A stretch of DNA of 64,000 nt. Source: Parcubacteria group bacterium. Its GTDB lineage: Bacteria; Patescibacteriota; Patescibacteriia; Patescibacteriales; GWC2-42-12. Location: contig JACPHD010000001.1 in assembly GCA_016188785.1 (NCBI GenBank), positions 26,300-90,299 on the forward strand. The letters run 5' to 3'. Position 1 is the first letter of the stretch. Every line of letters starts with the position of its first letter. This document shows, one piece after another, positions 36,220-45,328 of this stretch. The notes under the pieces were generated by a model, which was not told the origin of the DNA, did no database searches, and was given only the letters and a program-made list of their open reading frames with translations. Made by a program: the position numbers and the translations under genes.

Positions 36220-38712
36220 ATGCCTACTCTAACGAAGAGACAAAAGCAAATTTTAGACTTCATTCGTGAGTATATTAATAAACATAATATATCCCCTACC
36301 TTTGAAGAAATTAAAAAACATTTTAGATTATCTGCGCTATCTACCGTACATCAGCATATTGAAGCATTAATCAAAAAGGAATTTTTAGTAAAAAATAATA
36401 ACTTATCAAGAGGACTCGAGTTAAAAACAAAAGGGGAAGACATAGTTGAAATTCCTTTACTCGGCGTGATTGCTGCTGGTCAACCGATCGAAGTCTTTGA
36501 AGAACACGAGACTATAACCGTTCCGCGCACCAATTTATCTAACGCCGGTGAACATTTCGCATTGAAAGTACAAGGCAATTCCATGATTGATGAAGGAATT
36601 TTTAATGGCGATACTGTAATTATCAGAAAACAAAATACGGCCAGCAACGGAGAAACTATAGTGGCTATAATAAATGGCAATGAAGCGACATTAAAAAAGA
36701 TATATAGATTTCAAAATGGTTTTAGGTTACAACCGGCGAACCCAGAAATGAAACCGATCTTTGTAAAAAGTTTGCTTGTCCAAGGTAAAGTTGTAAGTGT
36801 TATAAGAAACTTTGAAAACAATACTATCATTGAACAAATTTCTAGCAATGAAGAATATATTGTTTCCAAAGAATATTCGGAAAAAGGTATAAATTTAGAT
36901 CAGCTCATAAGTGAGCTGGTAAATTTTAGAGATATTATAATATTTAAATACGGCTTTAATACAGCAGATGATTTTTTAAAAACACAAATTATTGACGGCT
37001 TAATTCTACAAGAAATTTTTAAGCACATCGCAAATAAAAAAAATGTAAATACTAACATCCAAGCAATAAACGAAATACTGAAAGAACTAAACCTAAATCA
37101 TGTAGAATTTACAAAGGATGATATAAAAATTTTTGGGGATATTTTAAAAAAATACAATTTTAGTAGCTGCGATGATGATGTGCTTGGTTTTATATATCAA
37201 AGCATTAGGCCCCAGAGTGGCAGAAAAGATGATGGCCAATATTACACCCCCAAAAAAGTAGTTAAATATATTTTAAATAATGTAAAAATAAATTTAAAAG
37301 AAAACAAAAATTTAAAAATTTTAGACCCAGCCTGTGGATCCGGACAATTTTTGCTGGAAACATACGATATTTTGTATAACCAATACAAAACAATGGGTGA
37401 AAAAAACGAAGCGGACATCCATTACAAAATCATTAATAATCACTTACTTGGCTTTGATATAGATAAAATCGCCGTGAGTTTGGCTAAACTTAATTTATTT
37501 CTAAAATCAAAAGGTACGTATACAGAAAAATTTAATATTTTAATAACAAATACGCTTAAGCGAGATTCTAACTTACTAGAACCAAATCAATTGGACAAAT
37601 ACAAAGGCAGTATTGATTTTGTAGTGGGCAACCCTCCCTGGGGAGCAAATTTAAATGAAGAACAAAAAAAATATTATAAAAAGCATTATGATATAGGAAA
37701 AAATGGATTAAACACATTTACTCTTTTTATTGAACGTGCTTTTGATTTTCTTAAAAAAAATGGAAAATTAGGATACTTAATACCTGAGGCCTATCTAAAA
37801 ATTAAAGTGCACCAACTTTCTCGCCTGCAAATATTAAATAGAGCCAAGATACTACTCCTTGGAATTAGCGGGGATATATTTCAAAAAGTTTACGCTCCTT
37901 GTTTAGTAATAATTTTCCAACAAGAAAAAGATAAAACAGCCAGGGAAAAAAATGAAATAAATATAGAAAATGGAGTTTTCAACGGACATGAAGAACATAA
38001 GACGATAATTCAAAAAAATTTTGAAAAATCCGCTGAAAATATTTTTAACATCAACCAAGTCGGCGAAACTGAAGAAATACTAAACCATATCCTTGAACAA
38101 AAAAATTATTATCTTAAAGATAACGCATTATTTATATTAGGTATCGTAACCGGTAACAATAAAAAGTATCTAATCCGAGAAAAGAAAGACAATAAATATT
38201 CCCCTATTATAGTGGGCAAAGATATAAGCAAATATAAAATCAACTTCAGCGGCAATTATTTTATCTATGACAAAAACATACTCCAGCAAATTGCTCCGAA
38301 AGAATATTATACCGTACCTGAAAAAATTATTTACAAGTTTATTGGAGAAAAAATCACATTTGCTTATGACGATAAACAATATTTTACTTTAAACAATGCT
38401 AATGCATTCGTGCCTAAAATAGAAAAAATAAAAACCAAATATATTTTGGCCTTATTAAATTCAAAATTGATGCAATTTTTTTACAATAAATCTTTTTTTA
38501 CCGTAAGAGTACTCCGTGGCAATTTAGAAAAATTGCCTTTAGTTTACGCGGATCAAAAAAAACAAGAACAAATTATCAGCCTAGTTAATCAAGCAATAAA
38601 TTCAGAAGAAGATAGAATACTAAAAATAATTTTAGACAAAATTGACGACGAGGTATTCTCTCTTTATAAAATATCAAAAAAGTGGCAACAATATATTTGT
38701 AAAGAGACATAA
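36220..38712 (+). CDS. Fusion protein: complete LexA (HTH plus S24 peptidase) fused to a gamma-class N6-adenine DNA methyltransferase with a C-terminal TRD
   Basis: aa 1-200 are LexA-like ('VIAAGQPIE', 'QGNSM', 'ATLKK'), a close paralogue of the lexA at 24946. Then 'LDPACGSGQFLL' (motif I), 'GNPPWG' (motif IV) and ~300 aa TRD. No stop or frameshift between the parts. Confidence 0.8.
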   Translation: MPTLTKRQKQILDFIREYINKHNISPTFEEIKKHFRLSALSTVHQHIEALIKKEFLVKNNNLSRGLELKTKGEDIVEIPLLGVIAAGQPIEVFEEHETITVPRTNLSNAGEHFALKVQGNSMIDEGIFNGDTVIIRKQNTASNGETIVAIINGNEATLKKIYRFQNGFRLQPANPEMKPIFVKSLLVQGKVVSVIRNFENNTIIEQISSNEEYIVSKEYSEKGINLDQLISELVNFRDIIIFKYGFNTADDFLKTQIIDGLILQEIFKHIANKKNVNTNIQAINEILKELNLNHVEFTKDDIKIFGDILKKYNFSSCDDDVLGFIYQSIRPQSGRKDDGQYYTPKKVVKYILNNVKINLKENKNLKILDPACGSGQFLLETYDILYNQYKTMGEKNEADIHYKIINNHLLGFDIDKIAVSLAKLNLFLKSKGTYTEKFNILITNTLKRDSNLLEPNQLDKYKGSIDFVVGNPPWGANLNEEQKKYYKKHYDIGKNGLNTFTLFIERAFDFLKKNGKLGYLIPEAYLKIKVHQLSRLQILNRAKILLLGISGDIFQKVYAPCLVIIFQQEKDKTAREKNEINIENGVFNGHEEHKTIIQKNFEKSAENIFNINQVGETEEILNHILEQKNYYLKDNALFILGIVTGNNKKYLIREKKDNKYSPIIVGKDISKYKINFSGNYFIYDKNILQQIAPKEYYTVPEKIIYKFIGEKITFAYDDKQYFTLNNANAFVPKIEKIKTKYILALLNSKLMQFFYNKSFFTVRVLRGNLEKLPLVYADQKKQEQIISLVNQAINSEEDRILKIILDKIDDEVFSLYKISKKWQQYICKET

Positions 38713-38716
38713 ACGA

Positions 38717-39349
38717 TTAAATAATTGCCGAGAATAAATTTCTTGGTTCGGTAGCAGATTCTTTCATCTGCTCGTAACCTGGGTGCCATTGATAAGTCGC
38801 ATTTGAACCTGTGGTACTGTGCTGTGGAGAAAATTTTGCGCCAAAAATCGGTTTGCCGGCCCTAATATCTCTTTTATTTAAAACCCAATAAAATTTTCCC
38901 TCTGGCGTTATTCCTAAAAAAATATAGTAATTAATCCTTGGGTCTTTTAAACGTATTTGTTCAAAAATAAACTTATTGCCTTGATAAATAGTGGCTGTTT
39001 TAACTTCTATATATTTATTCTTTTTCAATTCTAAAAAATCAGGATTCAATTGATTTTGGTTTCCTCTCTCGAACTTTTTAAGTGCATCTTTACCAGCAAC
39101 ATTCTCGTAATCGGCTCGAAATAAATCCTCTCCGGCACAACCTATTTGGCGTGAACGCAAAAGTTTAAATCGTAAATACAAATCAGCATCCTCAACTTCT
39201 TTGGTTATAGAGATACCTTTTGTCATGGCGAAACCCAAAACAAATTGATAGTTACCTTCATTAATTTTATCTTTCAATAAATCATCCACATCAACGCCTT
39301 TCAGGTGAGCGTCATAAAACCGATTAAATATTTCTTCAATAGTTTTCAT
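38717..39349 (-). CDS. Putative type II restriction endonuclease (PD-(D/E)xK: NPDF...YIEVK)
   Basis: Convergent with the MTase (4-bp gap). Start overlaps the upstream XRE gene (ATGA). Confidence 0.45.
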   Translation of the reverse strand: MKTIEEIFNRFYDAHLKGVDVDDLLKDKINEGNYQFVLGFAMTKGISITKEVEDADLYLRFKLLRSRQIGCAGEDLFRADYENVAGKDALKKFERGNQNQLNPDFLELKKNKYIEVKTATIYQGNKFIFEQIRLKDPRINYYIFLGITPEGKFYWVLNKRDIRAGKPIFGAKFSPQHSTTGSNATYQWHPGYEQMKESATEPRNLFSAII

Positions 39350-39564
39350 AAAAAATAGCTAATTTGTTTTTTATATAAACCCGCAAAATTTTTTAATTCA
39401 ATAATATCTATTCTCTGCTCACCGGCCTCAACTTTAGAAACATAAGACTGAGGTTTTTTTGTTTTTTCCGATACCTCTTTCTGGGTTAAACCCGCATCTA
39501 ATCTGGCCTGTTTAAGGAGTCCTATAACTCGTTGATATTCACTTGTTCGTATTGTTTTAGGCAT
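39346..39564 (-). CDS. XRE-family HTH protein, likely R-M controller (C protein)
   Basis: 72-aa HTH_3-like 'LTQKEVSEKTKKPQSYVSKVE', overlapping the downstream nuclease gene. Confidence 0.6.
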   Translation of the reverse strand: MPKTIRTSEYQRVIGLLKQARLDAGLTQKEVSEKTKKPQSYVSKVEAGEQRIDIIELKNFAGLYKKQISYFL

Positions 39565-39577
39565 TTATATATTATAT

Positions 39578-39607
39578 ATTCAAATCAAGAATATTCAAAG
39601 TTTGAAT
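39578..39607 (-). promoter_or_regulatory. Tandem C-box-like palindromes ATTCAAAGTTTGAAT (perfect) and ATTCAAATCAAGAAT (imperfect) upstream of the C gene
   Basis: Read directly, 14-45 nt upstream of the XRE start codon. Confidence 0.55.
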
Positions 39608-39744
39608 AGTATGATATAATACAACTGGGCATTAAGAAAAGTTTGCTTTTGGCTTAAAATATTCAGTAGATATAATCTGCACTCGCTCGGAAATAAAAAA
39701 AATGAATTTTTTATTTCTCTCGCTCGTTTGATTATAAAATTCGA

Positions 39745-39972
39745 GCCGATATTTTTTACAGGCTCGGCGCCTGTCCCGTTGCATAACGGGAGCAGTTTTT
39801 TAAAGCCGGGCTTTGCCCGCGGGGAAATTTTTACCCCGTTGAATAACTGGGGATTACTTTTAAAAGCGGGGGCGCCTGCCTGCCGGCAGAGGCAGAGGCG
39901 CTTTTAAAAGATAGTTTAAAACCTTTTTTTAAATTCGGTTCGGATTAAATCATACATTGCCAGCCAATTTGG
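39745..39972 (-). repeat. ~200-bp repeat family, copy C (inverted; right flank of the R-M module)
   Basis: The reverse complement matches copy B. Terminal 'CCAGCCAATTTGG' is an inverted copy of the tRNA-Gln 3'-end region 'CCAAATTGGCTGC'. Confidence 0.75.
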
Positions 39973-39988
39973 AATAAGCCTAAAATTT

Positions 39989-40017
39989 AAAGCCAAACCC
40001 CATTCGGGTTTGGCTTT
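39989..40017 (-). terminator. Rho-independent terminator downstream of tRNA-Gln
   Basis: Minus-strand read: AAAGCCAAACCCGAATGGGGTTTGGCTTT followed by a T-run. Confidence 0.6.
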
Positions 40018-40039
40018 AAATTGGGAGCGTTGTCCAAAT

Positions 40040-40113
40040 TGGCTGCGGGACCTGGATTCGAACCAAGATAACATCCTCCAGAGGGATGTGTCCTACCATT
40101 AGACGATCCCGCA
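40040..40113 (-). tRNA. tRNA-Gln (anticodon CUG)
   Basis: Minus-strand sequence TGCGGGATCGTCTAATGGTAGGACACATCCCTCTGGAGGATGTTATCTTGGTTCGAATCCAGGTCCCGCAGCCA. U1-A72, T-loop TTCGAAT, anticodon loop CTCTGGA. 3' half nearly identical to the E. coli tRNA-Gln 3' half. Confidence 0.75.
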
Positions 40114-40116
40114 AAA

Positions 40117-41715
40117 TTACCCCACCACCTTTCCGCCAAACGTCTTTAACAGATTGTCAATCATATTACCCGGCTCGCCTTGCGCCGGGGCCGCCGAGGC
40201 CTCTTTTTTCGCGGCTAACGGCTCATCTGAAACTAATTTATTAGCCGCCACTTCTAAATTTTCATCAATCACCGCTTCAATCATAATCGGCGCGCCATAA
40301 ACCTGATGCAAAACTTTTTCTATGACATTTTTTATGGCGGCTTCGCTTACCCGGTCTTTATGAAATTTATATTTAAAAGCTAAACAAAGCTGATTGCCGC
40401 TTAAATCTCGCGGCTGGCAGACGCGCAAAATAAATGATAAAGAATGATTATACTGCTTGACCTTGGCTAAAACTTCGTTCCATTTTTCCTGGATTTGGCT
40501 ATTAGTAAAATTTACCGGCTGGCCGGCTTCGGCTGATTGCTTAACTTCTATTTTAGCCGCGGCCGGCTGACTTTTAGGCAAACTGAATTTTGAGCCGGCG
40601 GAAAAACCCGGGACCGCGGCTTGAGCCGTGCAAATTTCGGCGATGGCCATTTCTAAAACTAACTGCTGGATAAAATCAGCTTTTAATTCAGCCGAAACCC
40701 TAATGAATTTTTCTAAAAATTTAAGCGCCTGTTCAACATTTAAATCCGCGGCCAGCTTATTTATCTTTAGTTCAAAGGTTTCGCCCAGCTCCAGGGATAA
40801 TTTATTTACCAGGCCAGGGCTTATTTTCATGAGCATAAGCTTTCTTAAAATTTCAATCGTGTCTTTAACAAAGGTTTTAAGATCAACGCCGTCGTCCATT
40901 AGTTTATTGACTAGCCTGATGCCGCCAGCCGCGTCTTTTTTTATTAAAAATTCCAGCAAATTTATAACTTCATTTAAATCCGAGCGCGGGATGACTAAGT
41001 CAGCTTCGGCTTGCGTTATGTCCGCGCCGCCGATAGCGATAATTTGACCGAGCAGGCTTTCCGCGTCCCGCATATGGCCGTCGGCCTGGCGGGCGATCGC
41101 TTCTAAAATACTTTTATCAACCTTTATTTTTTCCGCCTGAACTATATAAGTTAATTTTTTAACCGCGTCGTTAACCCCGATTCTTTTAAAATCAAAGCGC
41201 TGACAGCGGGAAATTATCGTAGCCGGCACTTTATGCGCTTCAGTCGTGCATAAAATAAACACCACGTTGGCCGGCGGCTCTTCAATCACTTTTAAGAGCG
41301 CGTTAAAAGCCTGAGCCGAGAGCATGTGCGCTTCGTCAATGATAAAAACTTTATATTTTGAGCGCGACGGCGCCACGTGCGCGCTGGCGATTATGTTATC
41401 CCTTACATTATCCACGCCAGTGTTGGAAGCCGCGTCAATTTCAATAATGTCCAAAGCCCGGCCCTGGGCAATTTCCCGGCAGCTTAAGCATTTATCGCAA
41501 GGATCGGCCGTATCACTTTTGCGCTCCAGACAGTTGATTGATTTAGCCAAAACTCTGGCTAAAGTGGTTTTGCCTACGGCCCGCGGCCCGCAAAACAGAT
41601 AAGCATGAGCCATTTTATCGGTCTTAATTTCCTGTTCCAGAGTTATTTTTATGTGATTTTGCCCGACCACTTCGCTAAAATTCTGGGGCCGGTACTTGCG
41701 GTATAAGGTTGACAT
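40117..41715 (-). CDS. dnaX: DNA polymerase III subunit gamma/tau
   Basis: 'YRPQNFSEVVGQ', Walker A 'GPRAVGKTT', zinc module 'CDKCLSCREI', 'FIIDEAHML'. Confidence 0.9.
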   Translation of the reverse strand: MSTLYRKYRPQNFSEVVGQNHIKITLEQEIKTDKMAHAYLFCGPRAVGKTTLARVLAKSINCLERKSDTADPCDKCLSCREIAQGRALDIIEIDAASNTGVDNVRDNIIASAHVAPSRSKYKVFIIDEAHMLSAQAFNALLKVIEEPPANVVFILCTTEAHKVPATIISRCQRFDFKRIGVNDAVKKLTYIVQAEKIKVDKSILEAIARQADGHMRDAESLLGQIIAIGGADITQAEADLVIPRSDLNEVINLLEFLIKKDAAGGIRLVNKLMDDGVDLKTFVKDTIEILRKLMLMKISPGLVNKLSLELGETFELKINKLAADLNVEQALKFLEKFIRVSAELKADFIQQLVLEMAIAEICTAQAAVPGFSAGSKFSLPKSQPAAAKIEVKQSAEAGQPVNFTNSQIQEKWNEVLAKVKQYNHSLSFILRVCQPRDLSGNQLCLAFKYKFHKDRVSEAAIKNVIEKVLHQVYGAPIMIEAVIDENLEVAANKLVSDEPLAAKKEASAAPAQGEPGNMIDNLLKTFGGKVVG

Positions 41716-41778
41716 GAATATATATTAAACTTGTTTAAATTAAAAGGCAAACTTTTTAGATTTTTGCCAAATAAAAAT

Positions 41779-41994
41779 TTTCATTGCGAGGAGCGTCTTC
41801 TTTTGTCATTCCGGCCTTGAGCCGGAATCCCCGCCCGCCTCGCCTTGCGGCTCGCATGGCGGGCGCGGCAGATTAAGCCCGTAGTTAGTTTGGTTTACTC
41901 TGATGATTATAAATTCAGAGGTTCGTGGCGCTTAAACCTGGATTGCGGGTCAAGCCCGCAATGACAATTAAAAAATTATTGCTCGCAATGACAA
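41779..41994. mobile_element. MITE-like element TTTCATTGCGAGG...GCTCGCAATGACAA (family copy 2)
   Basis: Nested palindromes GTCATTCCGGCC/GGCCGGAATCC and GGATTGCGGGTCAAGCCCGCAATGAC. Confidence 0.6.
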
Positions 41995-42001
41995 TTTAAT
42001 T

Positions 42002-42646
42002 TTACTCCGCCTTTCGCACAATATTCTCTACCGCCGCCCACTTTGATTCGCCGTTTTTAGGCACTAAAACGACCACTTCGTCGCCGCTTTCGCCTTTATA
42101 ATAAGTTACGCTAGCGGTTAAAAGTCGCCATCTTTTGCTATCGGCCAGAGCAAAATATTCGCCGCCTAAAGAACGCTCTAAAATGCCGACCAGACGCGCC
42201 CGTTCAATCGGACCGATCTGCTTATAAACGAAAGTACCGGTAGCGGTGATGGTAAGCTTTAAAATATCACCTTCAACTAATTTTGATTTTGAAGCATAAT
42301 TGGCCGGCACGCTGTACTGCTTGCCGTCCGGGCCGATCATATTTTCGCCGTCAAACACGCCTTCAATAATGCGGGCTTGATCAGAATTTTCTTCGCCTGA
42401 CTGAAAATTTTCCTCGCTTAACTGGGCAATGCTGATAGCCGCCTCGTCTTCGGCTGATAAATTGTCGGCTAAAAGCTGAATTAAACGTTCATTATTTTCT
42501 TTGATGTTAGCTAATAATTTTTTTGCTAAAACCATTTTTGATTTAGCAATAATAATATTATCTTCTTTTTCAACCGGCCGCTTAAGCGGCTCGACGTCAA
42601 TTTCTAAAGTTAAATCATCGTTTAAATTTTTGTTTTGATCTGGCAT
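42002..42646 (-). CDS. Hypothetical protein
   Basis: 214-aa ORF downstream of the VirD4-like gene; no motifs recognised. Confidence 0.4.
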   Translation of the reverse strand: MPDQNKNLNDDLTLEIDVEPLKRPVEKEDNIIIAKSKMVLAKKLLANIKENNERLIQLLADNLSAEDEAAISIAQLSEENFQSGEENSDQARIIEGVFDGENMIGPDGKQYSVPANYASKSKLVEGDILKLTITATGTFVYKQIGPIERARLVGILERSLGGEYFALADSKRWRLLTASVTYYKGESGDEVVVLVPKNGESKWAAVENIVRKAE

Positions 42647-42708
42647 AAATTTTGTTTTATTAGTTATTTAATTTGTCATAATCTTATCTAAAAAATTATA
42701 ATTTGTAA

Positions 42709-42763
42709 ACCCCGTTAGAAAAAGTGCTGCTTGCCCCGCTTAGAAATTTATTTCTAACGGGGT
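42709..42763. repeat. Inverted-repeat element ACCCCGTTAGAA...TTTCTAACGGGGT (copy 4) upstream of the 214-aa gene
   Basis: Read directly. Confidence 0.65.
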
Positions 42764-42773
42764 AAAGACAGGC

Positions 42774-45320
42774 TTAAAATTCAGCTTTTTTCGCCCGCCT
42801 CATAATCTCCGCTTCAATTATGCTCCGGTCCTGGCCGTATTTAAGCCGGGACAAAGTTTTAATTTTAGCGGCCGCGTCCAGGCGCTCAATTCCGGGTAAG
42901 GGCCAAATGGTTGACATGGAAAAAGGCCGCGTGGCCGTATTGTCTATTAACAACTTCACATAAGCCGTGTATTTTTCAATGTTAATCAAATCATACTGGT
43001 TAAAAACTGGCGCGAATTCTTTAGCCATGATTTCGGCGTCTTCGGAGCCGATTTTAAATAATAGCCAGGTGCCGACATTGCCGAAAACCGCGTTTTTAAT
43101 GGACGTGTCCTGGCCTTTGACTAACTGGCCCAAATATTGATGCGCGATAATTAAGTTCAAATTATATTTTCTGGCCTCGCTTAAAATTGAATTAATCGAG
43201 TCAGTGGTAAAATTCTGAAACTCGTCTATGTATAAATAAAAATCTAGCCGTTTTTCTTGTGGCATATCCGTGCGCGACAAAGCCGACATTAAAATTTTGC
43301 CCACTAGGATCATGCCCAATAGATGAGCGTTCATCTCGCCAATTAAGCCTTTAGACAGATCAACCAACAAAATTTTCCTTGAGTCCATAATATCGCGCAA
43401 ATTAAACGAGCTATCCTGCTGGGCGATAATCGGCCGCATGGTATCATTAGAAATAAACGAGGTTAATTTTGAAGTTACATACGGCACGACATTGGCTAAC
43501 GCCGCTTCGCCGCCGGCCTTTTCCGCCTCTTTGCGCCAGAAATCAACCACGGTCGGGTCAGAGCATTTTTCTAATTTCATTTTCCTGAATTCCGGATCGG
43601 CTAAAACTTTCGGTATTTCCATTAAAGTTGAACCGCTGGCCGGATCGCTCATAACTAGGAGCATGGCGTTTCTCATATACTGCTCAAAAATCGGCCCGCC
43701 GGTCGCTTTCAGATCGTATAATTTATCAAAAATTTTTATCATCTCATTGATGACGAAAGTTTTTTGCTCCGGATAGCGCGCGTCAAATTCCAATAAGTTT
43801 AAAGCCAACGGCCGGCTAATATCGGCCGGCGCGAATAAAATAACGTCGCCAGCGCGTTCCGGCGGAATACGACTGATGATGTCGCTAATTAAATCGCCGT
43901 GCGGATCAATGACCGCCACGCCTTCGCCGTTAGCAATATCTTGAATCGCCATGGAAGCCAGTAAAACCGATTTACCCACGCCGGATTTGCCGATGATATA
44001 ACTATGCCGCCGCCGGTCTTCGCGCTTCATTTTTATTTCCGTGGTTACGCCGCGGTAAATATTATTGCCTAAAATTATGCCTTGGTCAGGCATGTTGGAT
44101 GGCGCGGCCGAATATTTAGCCATGAGCCATTGGATATTGGGCGTTTCCGCGCTCGCGAGCGGCGGATGATAAAGGCTGGCTAGTTCTTCGGTATTTAAAA
44201 TAAAACCGAGCCTCGGCTTAAAGCGCCGATAAATAAAATCTTTGATTAAAAATTTCTGGATTAGCTGATTATAAAACGGCAATTTATTGGTTAAAATATT
44301 GCCATACTGATAATAATTATACTGGCTGAAAGCGCCAATTAGGTTGTTTAAAAAAACTTTGGCCCGCGGCAAGTCTTTAGCGCTGGCCACCAGTCTAATA
44401 TTCGTGTCCAATCCGGCTTTAGAATTTTTTTCTTCAATCAATTTTAAAACTTCCTGTTCCATAGCGGTTAAGCGGTTTTCTTTTTCTAGTTTGCCCGGTT
44501 CGGTTTTAGGCTGGGCCGCTTTAGTTAAATCGCCTAAAAAAGTTAAAATTCTGGCCAGCGAATTGACTTTTAAGCCGTCAGATAATTTCTTACCCTGATT
44601 AACCGCCGAAACTACGCGATTGACTTTATTGTGCCAGCCGGGTTTAGCGCTTCTAACCACATATTGGATGGCCAGGCTTTCGTCACGGCCTAATTTTGAC
44701 ATGGCATTAACCAAAGAATTTAACGGATCAGCTTCCATCTTATTGTAAGTTTTCAAGGGAAATAAAAAACTGCGCTTGGTCTTAATAAAACCGGCCACGG
44801 TTTGGCCGTGGGCGCTAAAAATATTATAGTCAGGCACAACTTCCAAAACCGCTTCCGGATAATAGGCTTGGATTTGCTGTTCCAGATAGCGGCCCATGGC
44901 GCGCGGCGCGATCGCGTAAAAGGAAATATATTTATGATCAGCCACTATTTCAAAAGAAAAATGATCGTTCCGGCCTAACAGCCAGGAAAAATTTTTATGC
45001 CAGGCCTCGGCTTTTAAGCCGCCGATGGCTTTAAAAATAGTTTCGCCGCGCGCGATATCTTCGCGCAATTTCTGCAGATAATTTTGCGTGTTCGGCTGCT
45101 GCTTTTCTTCAGGCTTTTCTTTGGGCAGGCGCAAAAGATAAATTATATGCTCATGGTATTTGGAGTTGAGCGACCAATATAATATCAGCTTGCGCGCGAG
45201 CAGAGCCAGAACGGCCAAAATCAGACCGGCCAATAAAAAAATCAGCCAGCCGTCAATATTAACGTTAAAGCTTAAATTGTTTATGACATTATCGTTTTGA
45301 CCGGATAAACCATAATCCAT
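42774..45320 (-). CDS. VirD4/TraG-like type-IV-secretion coupling ATPase
   Basis: N-terminal TM. Walker A 'IIGKSGVGKS', Walker B 'LYIDEFQNF'. ORF-track N-terminus (MTSVF) is probably contributed by the MITE end; start taken at MDYGLSG. Confidence 0.65.
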   Translation of the reverse strand: MDYGLSGQNDNVINNLSFNVNIDGWLIFLLAGLILAVLALLARKLILYWSLNSKYHEHIIYLLRLPKEKPEEKQQPNTQNYLQKLREDIARGETIFKAIGGLKAEAWHKNFSWLLGRNDHFSFEIVADHKYISFYAIAPRAMGRYLEQQIQAYYPEAVLEVVPDYNIFSAHGQTVAGFIKTKRSFLFPLKTYNKMEADPLNSLVNAMSKLGRDESLAIQYVVRSAKPGWHNKVNRVVSAVNQGKKLSDGLKVNSLARILTFLGDLTKAAQPKTEPGKLEKENRLTAMEQEVLKLIEEKNSKAGLDTNIRLVASAKDLPRAKVFLNNLIGAFSQYNYYQYGNILTNKLPFYNQLIQKFLIKDFIYRRFKPRLGFILNTEELASLYHPPLASAETPNIQWLMAKYSAAPSNMPDQGIILGNNIYRGVTTEIKMKREDRRRHSYIIGKSGVGKSVLLASMAIQDIANGEGVAVIDPHGDLISDIISRIPPERAGDVILFAPADISRPLALNLLEFDARYPEQKTFVINEMIKIFDKLYDLKATGGPIFEQYMRNAMLLVMSDPASGSTLMEIPKVLADPEFRKMKLEKCSDPTVVDFWRKEAEKAGGEAALANVVPYVTSKLTSFISNDTMRPIIAQQDSSFNLRDIMDSRKILLVDLSKGLIGEMNAHLLGMILVGKILMSALSRTDMPQEKRLDFYLYIDEFQNFTTDSINSILSEARKYNLNLIIAHQYLGQLVKGQDTSIKNAVFGNVGTWLLFKIGSEDAEIMAKEFAPVFNQYDLINIEKYTAYVKLLIDNTATRPFSMSTIWPLPGIERLDAAAKIKTLSRLKYGQDRSIIEAEIMRRAKKAEF

Positions 45321-45328
45321 AAAAACAC

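Noticed and set aside
36220-38712. Possibility that the LexA-MTase is two adjacent genes mis-joined by the ORF finder
   Set aside because: Translation is continuous with no stop, no start-codon context and no Shine-Dalgarno between the S24 domain end (~aa 200) and MTase motif I (~aa 370). Kept as a fusion, pending read-level verification.
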